A stretch of DNA of 64,000 nucleotides from Octopus sinensis (GCF_006345805.1 NC_042998.1:146258001-146322000); one strand, 5' to 3'; shown: positions 1-13,366, counted from the stretch's first letter. Program-made: numbers and translations. Notes: a model not told the origin generated them from the sequence alone.

Positions 1-678
1 GTTTATCAATAAATAAACTATAACAGGTAAATAAACAGTGAGACTAGGTCTACATGTATCCTAAGTTATAAGACTATGTATCACTGGTACAGCTGCAATA
101 GGAAGGCTAAGATATGATTCATAACTAGGGTGCTAGAGTAAATTGTGCAAGTGCCAAGTGAAGAAGATAAACCCTAAACAAAATCAAACAAAGACAAAAC
201 AAAACAAAAGCAACAAAAAATAAAATTAAAAATGAAAATAATATGGGGAAAAGTAAAGGAATGGATATATGAAAACAAAGCATAAAAAATATAAAGGATA
301 TCTTCTTATCATCAAATGAACAGAGAGAAGGGACATGGAAAAGGAACCTTCTATAATTCAAACAATTAAGAAAATTGACAATTACCATTTAATTTAAATA
401 TATGTTATTTCTAAACTACTGGACTAGGAAGGTATGCAGGTGTTATCATGTCTATTTGTACATAATTAATTATCAAGGGAATGATCTAAAGGTTTTGCTG
501 TAAAAATGTATCCATCTTATTCAGGATGTTATACTCTGATGTGAGTGTTAACAATGACTCTTCCAGACAAAGTACAGATCTAGTATTCCCTGTCATAAGG
601 AGAAGCAGTGCTTAATATTGATCACTTAATATTATACTTTGTTTTGTTATCTTTAAGCTCTCAAATTAGCTTGCTTAA

Positions 679-1130
679 CCCTATCACACTGTCTTCCTGG
701 TATAGCACCACTATTCCGGAAACATGTAATAGCCTAAACATAATCTCTACTGGATCCCTGTTAAAGCATTAATGAGCAACATACTTAGAAAAAGATAAAA
801 TACTAAAAATAGATGACCAATCACGTTGCTTTGCAGTTAAGTGTGTTTATGACTTGTTGTTAATGGCTTCCCTCATAGCTATTGTTTACTTTCATTTTTA
901 TTTGAAAAAATTGATTTTTGTGATGAAACAAGCATATGATGAACCCAGCACTTCATCTGGTTAATGTGCAAGGCCTAGACCCTTCACAGTTGAGGAAATT
1001 ATTGATGTTTTTATTCTTCAGATGAAGAGTTTATCATTACACAGGCAATGAGAGGGATTTGGACAATCAAATAGGTGAAAGTGATGAAGAATGTGATGAT
1101 TCAGCTGAACAAATACAGTAGTTGAGAGAT
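679..1130 (+). mobile_element. Possible piggyBac-like left end with decayed acidic transposase N-terminus
   Basis: TTAA (675-678) followed by CCCT. About 980-1120 translates, with a frameshift, to FTVEEIIDVF..DEEF..ESDEECDD, an acidic N-terminus of the piggyBac type. No convincing right end. Confidence 0.3.
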
Positions 1131-1815
1131 AGGCCTATTATTGTTATTATCCTGAATTTTTTCATAATTCTGTCTGTTTGTTTGCCTGTAATTGTTCCTT
1201 TTGATCTGTATATGCAAACTATTTATTTTTTTGTACAGGAGCCCAGGTTGAGGATAGACACAGAAGCTCAAGTCTGAGAAGCTTAATGAGGTTGATCTTT
1301 CCTTATTCCTATATATATATAAATGATGGGATGTGGTCATATCAAAACTTGAATGTTGTTGTGCAAATGACTATATAACGGTAAACTATTCTATCTGTAA
1401 CAACTGAGGAACTATAAACTAGATTTTTCTTAAGGCATTATTCATCTAATGGACATGTATTAGGGCTCCTACAGTTACAATTATTATTATAATTATTGTT
1501 GTTTTGTTGTTGTTGCTGTTACTCCTACTTCTAAAATTATGTCTGCTGCTATTATACCTATTGTTATTCGTATCCCCATCACTATTATTATTAACTCTAC
1601 TTTTACTTTCATTACTGCTGACATTGCTATGGTACTTATCCCCATTATTGTTCTTTCCATTATTATCTTTATCACCATCTTGTTTTTTGCGAGTTCTATT
1701 ATGCATAAGCATAATTAGTATTATGTCTTAGTACTGTTTCCAATATAGTTTACGTATTTTGTACCACTGCTGCTAATATTATTATTATTTCAAATACTCC
1801 TATTAGTATTACTAC

Positions 1816-1816
<1 letters not shown>

Positions 1817-1846
<30 letters not shown>

Positions 1847-1976
1847 ATTGTTCTTCTTCCTCTTCTTCTTCTTGCTATTATTATTATTATCATTATCATT
1901 ATTATTACTATTATTATTATTATCTTTGTTGTTGCTATTAATAATGATAATAATAATAATAATAATAATAATAATA
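1817..1976. repeat. Compound (TTG)n/(TTC)n/(TTA)n/(ATA)n microsatellite
   Basis: Read directly; it generates the poly-L/I/N ORFs. Confidence 0.95.
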
Positions 1977-2530
1977 GCCCTGATGCAGTACCAGGCAGTG
2001 GCTCTCATGGCTTCTGATCTTAACTGATTGGAAGTGTTATCATGTACATTGTTTTGTCTTGGTATAAAAGATGGGCTACAGCAAATATTCTACTCAATAC
2101 CACAGATTTGCTTGTCAGTTGTTTGACCTTAACCAGTTGAGCATGTCCCTTAGTGGCTGACGATATGTGCATCTCTGATCACGAGCAGAAGTAGTGGGGG
2201 AGCATCATAGCCATGTATTGAGAGGGATTCTTTGGGGTTTGAATAATTCACCTCTGGAAACATGGGTGGTTCTTTCAACATCCTTAAACAACCCTTATTC
2301 AGGGACCATTTGAGCGGGATGGGCTACTCAACCTGAAGAAAATTCTAACTGGACCCCACCTGCAAGGTCATGTGCTGTTAATCTTGATACGAAATCACCA
2401 TGTCGCGCACATATGGTTGTGGTGCATGTGCCTGGTGTACCTTTATCAGACGGGTAGTCATGATGGGTATATTGGGCTTCGTATATTTTACCCCAGTGTC
2501 ACTTTGATGGCATGAACTGCTCTCTCACTC
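1977..2530 (+). mobile_element. ~550-bp interspersed repeat (family C), AAT-flanked, no tRNA head
   Basis: Collinear with 9719-10269 and 55330-55661. All three end CTCTCACTC followed by (AAT)n. Confidence 0.85.
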
Positions 2531-2557
2531 AATAATAATGATAATAATTATTATTGC

Positions 2558-2960
2558 CTTTGCACAGCTTCTAATGCTGGAGATGTACTACAGTGTCAGC
2601 TGTTCACTACCAGTGAACTAAGGTAACATGTCTTATTTTTCGAGTACCTTCCAGAGTATTTAAGTGGTTCTAAGCAATGCTGTTTTCTGCAAGTGCTCCA
2701 CCCTTGTTGTAGCCCCTATTTTTTCTGTGTACTTCTCAAGATTTTTGCTCACTGTTCCCAGAGCTCCAACAATTATTGGTACTACTGCTACCTTTTTCAT
2801 TGACCACAACTGCTTAACTTCCCAAGCTAACCTGTCATATCTCTTAACTTTTCTTTCTTTCTTATTGCATACCTTGTTGTCCGCTGGGTTGCTATATCTA
2901 TGATCCAGCATAGTTTGTTTTCTTTCTCAATTAAGAATATGTCTAGCTTCCTAGTCTTAA
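2558..2960 (-). mobile_element. R4/Dong-like non-LTR retrotransposon 3' fragment (RLE C-terminus)
   Basis: ORF 2660-2911: KRYDRLAWEVKQLW..VVPIIVGALG..LQKTALL, followed by a short 3'UTR and an AAT tail. Confidence 0.85.
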
Positions 2961-3214
2961 CTGAGAAAGAAAACAAACTATTTCATTTTTGGATTTGGTT
3001 TGCAAGATTCTTTATGTGAGTTCATCTGTTGAAGCATATTCTGTCATGACTATTGAAAAGGTTGCAAGACGCAATGAAAATTTTAGGAAAATAAAAACAA
3101 GTAATAAGTGGAAATTTTATTGGTGAGAATGTTAAATTATAAGGCACAAAAAGAAAATTGCCTTGTGCCTATAGTAGAAAGGATTATTATTGTTGTTGTT
3201 ATTATTATTATTGG

Positions 3215-3515
3215 AAAACATTCCTAACATCATGTTACAACAAGTAACCTTAGACACTGAGAATTTTCCCAAGTAACCTAGCTGTCCCTAATAATGCTGT
3301 TTTTCTAGAGCTGCATTAAAGTACATTTTATGCTTATTTCCTCTATCCATCTGTTCAAATCATTAGGAACAGTCCCTAATGCACCTATAACTACAGGGAT
3401 ACATTTTTTTAGGCAGACTTTCTACAACCTCAGATGCTCAATGGCTATGTCCTGGTACTTTGCTATTTTCTCTATACTTCTCATGTTGACTTTCTAGTCA
3501 TTTGAGACTGTAAAG
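3215..3515 (-). mobile_element. R4/Dong-like 3' fragment, same subfamily as 6185-6820
   Basis: Reverse strand reads SIEKIAKYQDIAIE..CIPVVIGALGTVP..LLGTAR with stops. The 3'UTR TAAGGTTACTTG is shared with the copy at ~6750. Confidence 0.8.
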
Positions 3516-3517
3516 TC

Positions 3518-3524
3518 ATTATTA

Positions 3525-3586
<62 letters not shown>
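3518..3586. repeat. (ATT)n microsatellite
   Basis: Read directly. Confidence 0.95.
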
Positions 3587-3588
<2 letters not shown>

Positions 3589-3801
3589 AGGCAACAAACT
3601 GGCAGAATTGTTTGCACACCAGGCAAAATGATTAGCGGTATTTCATCTGTCTTCACATTCTGAGTTCAAAATCCACTGACATTGACATTGCTTTTCATAC
3701 TTTTGGAGTTGATGAAATAAGTACCAGTTATGAATTGGGGTCAATGTAATCAACTAGTCCCCTCCCACAAATTTTCAGGCCTTGTGCCTTTAGGAGAAAG
3801 G
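3589..3801 (+). mobile_element. tRNA-derived SINE family A
   Basis: A-box-like GGCAACAAACTGGCAGAA, B-box-like GAGTTCAAATCC, tail GCCTTGTGCC..GAAAGG followed by (ATT)n. Confidence 0.8.
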
Positions 3802-3996
<195 letters not shown>

Positions 3997-4299
3997 ACAC
4001 TTTTTTGCTGTTTAGGCTTTTTGTATCTTTAAGCATGAACTCTCTAAGTCAACAGGTGTTGTGAGAAGCTAACGTAAACTTAACTGAGTACTTATTTAAT
4101 AATTTCCTGCATTGGTTTGATGGTAGGAAATACTTCCCTTGGGCCACGAGGAATCTCCTTGGAATATTAGAGGCAATTTGGGCCCTGAATAGTGCATTAT
4201 ACCAGACCACTTGTTTTGATCTATTTCTCCTTTTCTTAAAGTTACTTCATTCACCACTATACCTACGTACTATTTCATTGGGGACTAGTCTGCTTGCAT

Positions 4300-5674
4300 T
4301 ACGAGTAATCCTATTCAGGCAACTGACTGAATATATCTATCCCACTCAGAAGGAGGTCGTGGCCTAATACAGATAGAAAACTACTATAAAATAACAAAAG
4401 TTTGACGAGCAAAGTACTTAGAAACAAAGAGTGGAAGATTACAGTGTGTTGTAAAGCAACATGGGAAAGAGAAAACACTTTTCTCTATACATAAGTAGGT
4501 GACAAAATACAAAGCAGAAGCAATCTACACTGACACACTGACCTCAGATGACAACAACAGAAATGGTCAGAGAGACAGAAAATAACATGAAAACTCAATT
4601 ACAAAAGATACTGAAGAAGAAATGGAGAGAAAAATCACTTCTTGACCAATACTCTGCAAGGCATGATAGAGAAGAAGTGAGCCTAAGTAAAAGCCAACAA
4701 TGTCTCAAAAGCTCTGGACTAAAGCCGAAACGGAAGGACTCACTCTTGCTGTACAAGACCAATGCCTGACTACAAACAAGTGTAAAAACAAAATAATGAA
4801 AACAGGCTTCAACACCAAATGCAGAATATGCAACCAACACAATGAGATAGTTGACTACATCATCTCGGGATGTCTGAATATGTATACAGACACTACAAAG
4901 TAAGCAGTTATATCCACTGCACAATATGTCAACATTACAACATCAAAACTGACAGCAGGTGGTATAAGCATGTGCCAAGCAAGGTACAAGACAATGATCA
5001 GGCCACAATCATCTGGGATATGCTGGTTCAAACCGACAAAGAGATAAAAGCTAATCGCCCAGACACAATAGTCAAGGATTGGGGGGAAAAACATCTGCTA
5101 ACTGATAGTTTGATCAAAATATTGTCAAAAAAGAAGTGGAGAAATTGTTGAAATACATAGACCTCAAAATTGAAGTATTCAAACTGTGGAGCATAAAGGT
5201 AAAAACAATACCAATAATAATTGGAGCATTGGGCATGATAAAAAATCATATAAACAAAAATGTAGAAGCTATACCTGGATCCTCAACACTACACATTATC
5301 CAAAAAATAGCCCTGCTAGGAACAGCCCACATCCTATGCAAGACACTATCAATCCAATAATACAACCTAAACAAAACAACCCACAAATACAAGACACACT
5401 CTATAAAATATTTATCCAGTGAAATAAACCACCACCAGCAAGTTAGAAAACCAAAACATTACACACTCAACACACAATACAAGGAGTAACACAACAAAAG
5501 ACAGCACCACACCTCAAGGAAAAAAACTAACACAATACAGTACCAGGAAGAGTTTGCACACTCCCAACAGCAGAAAAGAACACAATGCTGCACACATCCC
5601 AGCAACATGGAGGTGTAGCAGGTGGTGACGTAGAAATTTGCTTCAATCTACCAAATATTGAATAGTTATACAAT

Positions 5675-5736
<62 letters not shown>

Positions 5737-5756
5737 AATAATAATAATAATAATAG
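4300..5756 (+). mobile_element. R4/Dong-like non-LTR retrotransposon, decayed 3' half (thumb, CCHC finger, RLE)
   Basis: Broken frames read EGGRGLIQIE, AETEGL.LAVQDQCL, KCRIC..EIVDYIISGC, WDMLVQTDKEIKANRPD and IPIIIGALG..QKIALLGTAHIL. Ends in (GAT)n(AAT)n. Confidence 0.88.
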
Positions 5757-5957
5757 TAAAGTGAGTAGCCACATCAAAGTGGAAGCTGAATGTTGCTACT
5801 AGTTTAACCCTGGGTAGATTCTCTGCTAGCTGATTTTTGGTGTAACACTCTACACCCTTTATATACAGTACATCACTAGCAGGGGGAGTGAACCCCTACT
5901 ACTCTCCAGCAGCAAACAGGATCACTTGAAACTGGCCCAGTTTCAAGCTATTTGGCT

Positions 5958-6160
5958 CCTTTTCTACTATAGGTACAAGGCCTGAAATTTGAGGGGAGGG
6001 ATTAAGTTGATTACATCAACCCTGCCCCTTCCCAGTATTCAACTGGTACCTAATTTATTGACCCTGAAAGGATTAAAAGCAAAGTCAACCTTGATGGAAT
6101 TTGAACTCAGAACACAGTGGCAAACAAAATATCGCTAAGGATTCTGCCAGCTCACCGCCT
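5958..6160 (-). mobile_element. SINE family A
   Basis: Reverse complement of the family A head (GAATTTGAACTCAGAA) and tail. Confidence 0.75.
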
Positions 6161-6184
6161 TAATAATAATAACAATAATAATAA

Positions 6185-6820
6185 TGTAGATTATGCAAGT
6201 CAAGAGAGGAAAGCATTACTCACATAGTAAGTGAATTATTCATAGTAAGTGAATGTAGAATACAAGAAAAGACATGACAATCTAGGGAGAGTAATCCATA
6301 GGGAGCTATGTAGAAAGCTAGGATTTGAACATACTGACAAATGGTATGAACATGAACCTAGTAAAGTACTAGAAAGTAAGAAATATAAGATGTTGTGGGA
6401 CTTCAACATTCAGACTGACAGAGTAATAGTAGCTAGGCCTGATTTGGTAGTAGTCGTACGTAAAGAGAATAGAAAGTGCCAGATAATAGACTTTGCAGTC
6501 CCAAATCATGAAAACATTAATAAGAGAAGTATAGAAAAAATAGCAAAGTACCAGGAACTAGCTATTGAATTACAGAGACTGTGGAAAGTGCAGGTAAAAT
6601 GCATCCCAGTGGTTATAGCAGCATTGGGAACTATCCCCAAAGGTATGAACAGATGGATAGAGGAAATAGGCATAAAACCCAGTTTAGTACAGCACCAGAA
6701 AACAATATTATTAGGGACAGCTAGGATACTTAGGAAGGTTCTTGGCATCTAAGGTTACTTGTAGTCTGATGTTAGGATTTTTTCTTTTCCAACAGACTAA
6801 TTTGTTGAGTGTATTTGAAA
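6185..6820 (+). mobile_element. R4/Dong-like 3' fragment with open RLE domain (ORF 6249-6752)
   Basis: RHDNLGRVIH..WYEHEP..LWDFNIQTD..RPDLVV..IIDFAVP..EKIAKYQEL..LGTARILRKVL. (AAT)n on both sides. Confidence 0.92.
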
Positions 6821-6844
6821 ATAATAATAATAATAATAATAATG

Positions 6845-6940
<96 letters not shown>

Positions 6941-6942
<2 letters not shown>

Positions 6943-8274
6943 TATTATTATCATTATTATTTCTACTGAAAATTTTTGGAGAAGGGGCTAGTTGATTACA
7001 TCAACCCCAGTGTGTACTTATTTCATTGACCCCGAAAGGATGAAAGGCAAAGTCAACCTTGAATAATAATAATGATAATGGTTTCAAATTTTGGTAAAAG
7101 GCCAACAATTTTAGGGAGAGGGATTAAATGCCAGTTCTTGACTGGTACTTTATTCATCAACCCCCAAAATGCTGAAAGGCAGAGTTGACCCCAGTATGTT
7201 TTGAATTCAGAAAGTACTGGAAGAAAATGACACTAGGCATTAGTCAGTTGAGCATGTCCCTTAATGGTTGATGATATGTGCATCTCATGTGCTCATGTAC
7301 TAATGATTCTGCCATTTCTTTCCTTTCTTATTATTCACTCTTTCCTTTCAAGTTTCGGCACAAATCAGCAATTTCGAAGGGAAGGGATTAGTTGATTACA
7401 TCAATCCCCAGTACTTGACAGGTAAACTATTTTATCGACCCTGAAAATGATGAAAGACAAAGTTGACTTTGGCGGAATTTGAACTCAGACGGTAAGGAAC
7501 CAGAACAAATAACTGCAAGGTATTTTTGTCTGATGCTCTCACTATTCAGCTAATCCACTCACCATCCTGTTAGTTGGGGCGACTTGGAGCTATACAAACA
7601 TTGATAGCAATATTATCGACAACAATAACAATAATAACTAAGTGAACTATATTATTTGAGAGTTAACTGCCTTTTCCATGAGTAATGTCCTTTGAACCAC
7701 GGCTCTTTTGATCTAAATTCAATGTTCTTTTAATCTAGTGGTTGGAGCTTTGACGGATCAAAACTCAAGTGAATTGTAGTGTAAGGGACACAACTCGTGT
7801 GTCGTTATTTGACTTGCTCAAAAAGCAAGGATTACTTTAGACGTTTAAGAATGTATCAGTGATGCCAGCATGAATAATACTTCTCAGAGATGAATAATAA
7901 TATTATCTTCATTACATAAGATAAAGAATAAAAAGGTTCCAGGTTAACATAATTATCTTACCATAAATAAAATGATGATTAGACATGGAATTTTAAAGAA
8001 TTTTAACAATTGCATTATAGTTATCATTGCTGTACATAGCAGTAATAGTATTCATCTGTAGAAAAACTTAAGAATAAAAAAATTAGAGAATCTTTGTTAC
8101 AAAGGTATTGGCATTTCCTGATGTTGAAGAGGATATTGTATCAAGATAAACCTTAAAGCATTATCTTAATGTAGAGTGGATTAATTATTATATAGACTAA
8201 ATGTCTGAAATGATGATGATGATGATGATGATGATGAAAATAATATAATAATAATAATAGTAATAATAATAATA

Positions 8275-8372
<98 letters not shown>

Positions 8373-9718
8373 TATTATTATCATTATTATTTCTACTGAA
8401 AATTTTTGGAGAAGGGGCTAGTTGATTACATCAACCCCAGTGTGTACTTATTTCATTGACCCCGAAAGGATGAAAGGCAAAGTCAACCTTGAATAATAAT
8501 AATGATAATGGTTTCAAATTTTGGTAAAAGGCCAACAATTTTAGGGAGAGGGATTAAATGCCAGTTCTTGACTGGTACTTTATTCATCAACCCCCAAAAT
8601 GCTGAAAGGCAGAGTTGACCCCAGTATGTTTTGAATTCAGAAAGTACTGGAAGAAAATGACACTAGGCATTAGTCAGTTGAGCATGTCCCTTAATGGTTG
8701 ATGATATGTGCATCTCATGTGCTCATGTACTAATGATTCTGCCATTTCTTTCCTTTCTTATTATTCACTCTTTCCTTTCAAGTTTCGGCACAAATCAGCA
8801 ATTTCGAAGGGAAGGGATTAGTTGATTACATCAATCCCCAGTACTTGACAGGTAAACTATTTTATCGACCCTGAAAATGATGAAAGACAAAGTTGACTTT
8901 GGCGGAATTTGAACTCAGACGGTAAGGAACCAGAACAAATAACTGCAAGGTATTTTTGTCTGATGCTCTCACTATTCAGCTAATCCACTCACCATCCTGT
9001 TAGTTGGGGCGACTTGGAGCTATACAAACATTGATAGCAATATTATCGACAACAATAACAATAATAACTAAGTGAACTATATTATTTGAGAGTTAACTGC
9101 CTTTTCCATGAGTAATGTCCTTTGAACCACGGCTCTTTTGATCTAAATTCAATGTTCTTTTAATCTAGTGGTTGGAGCTTTGACGGATCAAAACTCAAGT
9201 GAATTGTAGTGTAAGGGACACAACTCGTGTGTCGTTATTTGACTTGCTCAAAAAGCAAGGATTACTTTAGACGTTTAAGAATGTATCAGTGATGCCAGCA
9301 TGAATAATACTTCTCAGAGATGAATAATAATATTATCTTCATTACATAAGATAAAGAATAAAAAGGTTCCAGGTTAACATAAATTATCTTACCATAAATA
9401 AAATGATGATTAGACATGGAATTTTAAAGAATTTTAACAATTGCATTATAGTTATCATTGCTGTACATAGCAGTAATAGTATTCATCTGTAGAAAAACTT
9501 AAGAATAAAAAAATTAGAGAATCTTTGTTACAAAGGTATTGGCATTTCCTGATGTTGAAGAGGATATTGTATCAAGATAAACCTTAAAGCATTATCTTAA
9601 TGTAGAGTGGATTAATTATTATATAGACTAAATGTCTGAAATGATGATGATGATGATGATGATGATGAAAATAATAATAATAATAATAATAGTAATAATA
9701 ATAATAATAATAATAATA
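6941..9718. repeat. Tandem direct duplication, unit ~1430 bp (6941-8370 and 8371-~9718)
   Basis: The copies match at offset 1430. I noticed one 1-bp indel (AACATAATT vs AACATAAATT) outside the microsatellites. Junctions lie in (AAT)n. Confidence 0.95.
6960..7560 (-). mobile_element. Cluster of three family A SINE fragments (duplicated at 8390-8990)
   Basis: Repeated GAAAGGCAAAGTCAACC, GTACTT and GAACTCAG motifs on the reverse strand. Confidence 0.7.
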
Positions 9719-10269
9719 GCCCTGATACAATACCAGGCAGTGGCTCTCATTGCTTCTGATCTTAACTGATTGGAAGTGTTATCATGTACATTTTTGTCTT
9801 GATATAAATGATGGGCTACAACAAATATTCTGCTCAATACCCCAGATTTGATTGTCAGTTGCTTGACCTTAATCGGTTGAGCATGTCCCTTAGTGGTTGA
9901 TGATATGTGCATCTCTGATCATGAGCAGAAGTAGTGGGGGAGTATTATAGACATATGTTGGGAGGAATTCTTTAGGGTTTGAATAATTCACTTCTGGAAA
10001 CATGGCTGTTTCGTTCAACATTCTTAAACAACCCTTATTCAGGGACCTTTTGAGTGGGGTGGCTACAACCTGAAGAAAATTCTAACTGGGCCCCCACCTG
10101 CCAAGTCATGCACTGTTTATCTTGATAAGAAATCATTATGTCACACACATATGGTTGTGATGCATGTGCCTAGTGTACTCTTATCAGACATGTAGTCATG
10201 ATGGGTATATTGGGCTTCATATATTTGTACCCTAGTGTCACTTTGATGGCATGCATTGCTCTCTCACTC
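9719..10269 (+). mobile_element. Family C repeat, full-length copy
   Basis: Collinear with 1977-2530; AAT on both sides. Confidence 0.85.
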
Positions 10270-10294
10270 AATAATAATAATAATAATGATAATA

Positions 10295-10500
10295 ACACTT
10301 TCTACTAAATTCACAAGGCCTGAAATTTTGGCGGGGAAAGAATTATTGACCTCAGGGAATTAGTACTTAATTTATCGACCCTGAAAGGATGAAAAATAAA
10401 GTTGACCAAAGCCGAATTTGAACTCAGAAAGTAAAGATGAACAAAATGCAGCTAAGCATTTTGCCTGGTGTGCTAACGATTCTGCCAGCTCACCACCTTA
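10295..10500 (-). mobile_element. SINE family A
   Basis: Reverse complement of family A head and tail. Confidence 0.75.
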
Positions 10501-10549
10501 TTATTATTAACAATAAAAAAAAAAATATAATAATAAACGACGACGACGC

Positions 10550-11870
10550 TAATAATGAACCATGGCAAAAAGCCAGAAGATCAGAAGATTTGTGAACAGA
10601 AATAAGCAGTCTGAGAACAGATTGTTCAAAAATAGCCTGAAGCAATTCTTCCGAATGTTAGAAGGACACAATGGGGAAAATGTTGCACCTGATGCAAATC
10701 AAGCCAAGGAGTTCTGGAGTGGATTATGGGGAAACAATGTGGTGCATAAAAGGGATGCAATGTGGATAGGAACTATCAAGACAAAATTACAAAGAGGAAA
10801 GAAACAAAGGAATATTGTCATAAGCACAGGTGATGTGAAGGAATCTGGCCGAAGAGATGCCACGCAGTGCATGAAAGACTAGCAGCCCAATTGAATGAGT
10901 GTATCCAGAAAGATAAGTCCCCGTGGGGATGGTGACTGGGAGGACAATACTTGTAATGAAAGATAGAAGAAAAGGGAATATTGTGGGAAACTACTGTCCC
11001 AAAGCATGCCTGAACATAATCTGGAAGATACTCACCGGAATATTTGTGGCAAAGACATACACTTTCCTGGGACAGGAAGAAATACAATCAAGGGAGCAAA
11101 GAGAATGTAGGAATAGTTCTCAGGGTACCAAGGATCACCTGGTCATCAGTAAAACAGTTTTGAGGCATTGTAAAAAAACATCATACAAATATGTCTATGG
11201 CTTGGATTGACTTCAAAAAGGTGTATGATATGATGCCTCATTCTAGGATCATTGAATGCTTGCAGATGTTTGGTGTTGCTGACATCACAAATTTTCTGAT
11301 GCATAGCATGAAAGAGTGGAAACCCAAATTGTACTCAAGTAATGCATTTCTTGGAAAAGTTAATATTAAAAGGGGAATTTTCCAAGGTGACTCAGTCCAG
11401 AAGTGTGGTAGGAACATCAGTATGGAATTTGGGATTACCAAATGCTCAGCACTTAATATGAAAAGAGGCAAGAAAGTAGCCTGCAAGGATTGCGGTTACC
11501 ATCAGGATAGACCATGGGTGAACCCAACAGTAGTGAGTATAGATATTTAGGGATTTTGGAGCTGGATGATATTTTACACAGAGAAATGAAAGTCAAGGTC
11601 AGCGAGGTGTATCAAAAAAGGGTGAAGATAGTATTGAAATCCAACCTGAAAGTGATACTAGTGGTGATCAGAGCATTGGGCTCAATCTCATTGAAACATC
11701 AAGACTTCTTAAGGCAACTGGAAATCCCATGCAAGATTGATGTCTTGCAAAAAGCAGCTTTATTGGGCACAGTGCACAGCTTAAGGAAAGTATTATGTCT
11801 GATGTCTTTGTTGTGACTTGACAGATGACTAAAGACTTCATTGCATTTTTACCTACACTGTGTTATGAAG

Positions 11871-11935
<65 letters not shown>
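10550..11935 (+). mobile_element. R4/Dong-like element, internally deleted RT pseudogene
   Basis: TGRTILVMKD..GNYCP..CLN..WKILTGI, GTKDHL, MSMAWIDFKKVYD..PHS, KRGIFQGDS. It then jumps to ISMEFGITKC and later to VVIRALG..LQKAALLGT. (AAT)n tail at 11873-11935. Confidence 0.88.
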
Positions 11936-11936
<1 letters not shown>

Positions 11937-11937
<1 letters not shown>

Positions 11938-12148
11938 CTTTTCTGTTATAGACACAAGGTCTGAAATTTTAGGGGAACAGGGCTAGTCAATTGCATCAAA
12001 CCCAAAGTGCAACTGGTACTTATTTCATCAACCTCTGAAAAGATGAAAGGCAAAGCTGACTACAGTAGAACTCAGAGCATGTAGACATATGAAATGTCAC
12101 TAGACATTTTGCCTGGCATGGTAACAATTCTGCCAGCTCACTGCCTTA
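11937..12148 (-). mobile_element. SINE family A
   Basis: Reverse complement of family A. Confidence 0.7.
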
Positions 12149-12559
12149 ACAATAACAATAATGATGATGATGCTAATGACGACGATGATAATGCTGGTCA
12201 TTTCTGATGACTTCGATGTATGAGTGTTTGAAGGAAAGGATTAAATAAAAAAGAAGCTGCATTTATTTGCGATGGATATGTGAATGTAATTTGGGCCCTG
12301 GTATGGATTTTGCTATGAAGTCACAATTAGGACAATGATGATTTTGATCTTGCCTGGAATTTGACAAATGTGTCCATTGATTACAGAATAAAGTTATTTT
12401 ATTGTTCTGTTTGCTCAACTCAAGTTACTTAGTTGCATTATAACACATTTTACACCACTTAGATCGATCTAGGCAACAACTTTCCCATGATATTAAATTA
12501 AGCTGTAGAGATTATAGTAATTGTTTCAACTTATCCTTACACCCAAGGAGGGGGTCTTC

Positions 12560-13165
12560 CTTTACTGTGGAATCCTTCTTGTTGGCTATACTAAAGAATT
12601 TTCAGAATGCAGTTATCTTGTATTTGAACAACACTTCCTACTCATCTGCACTGAATTCTTAATGGCATACGTTTGATACTGAAGATTTCATGTTTTTCCA
12701 AACTTTGACATTTGATATCTTATCTTGCCCACTTATGCTGCAGATATTGTGCAGACAGTGCTTGTGAAATGTTTCAAGTTTCTTTATGTCTGTAACAGGG
12801 GGTCCATGCTTTTGCCCCATACAAAAGAGTGTTCAACATACAAGATAAACTTATTGTATACAATGCTTAGGTACACTACAACTGTTAGAAAATCTTAATA
12901 GAGGGGACAGAAAGCAGACATATAAGTCAAATAAAGAAAGACAGCAGTGAAAGCTAGAAAGTACATGCACAGTATACAGAACAAAACATAAAAAGTCTGA
13001 AAAGTGAATATTAATGGAGCCATAAAAAGGAAACAGTGTGTAGGCAAATGAGGAGTACTGTTGGAGAATTTTGGGAAGCAGGGATTTATTTTTGAAGGAT
13101 GCTGTGTCATGACAGCTAACAACCAATGAAGGAATTTTATTCCATGTTTTGACAGTTCTGGTTTG
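12560..13165 (-). mobile_element. CR1/L2-like LINE 3' remnants
   Basis: Reverse strand at ~13080-13160 reads RTVKTWNKIPSLVVSCHDTASFKNK, resembling the CR1 RT C-terminal WN.LP..VV motif. A related piece lies at ~15170-15250. Confidence 0.45.
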
Positions 13166-13366
13166 TCATTTGTTATCCTCCATTTTAATTCTCTGTTTAT
13201 AATTCTTATATTTAGTAATCAAAATTTCTCAATTGTTCCCCTCTGAACAATCTCTTTGTAATTGTTGAGAACTTTTAGCTTTTGAAAGTCAAGTTTTATC
13301 TGAATATCAAAATTACAATTTATCCAGATCTAAAAGAAAAGAATTTAGAGTTATAAAAAAGAACTA

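Noticed and set aside
505-546. Possible 16-nt microexon (CAG|GATGTTATACTCTGAT|GTGAGT)
   Set aside because: Splice-like dinucleotides alone are expected by chance; no partner exons or transcript evidence.
1446-2027. Poly-N/I/L ORFs
   Set aside because: Translations of trinucleotide microsatellites in both strands; no domain content.
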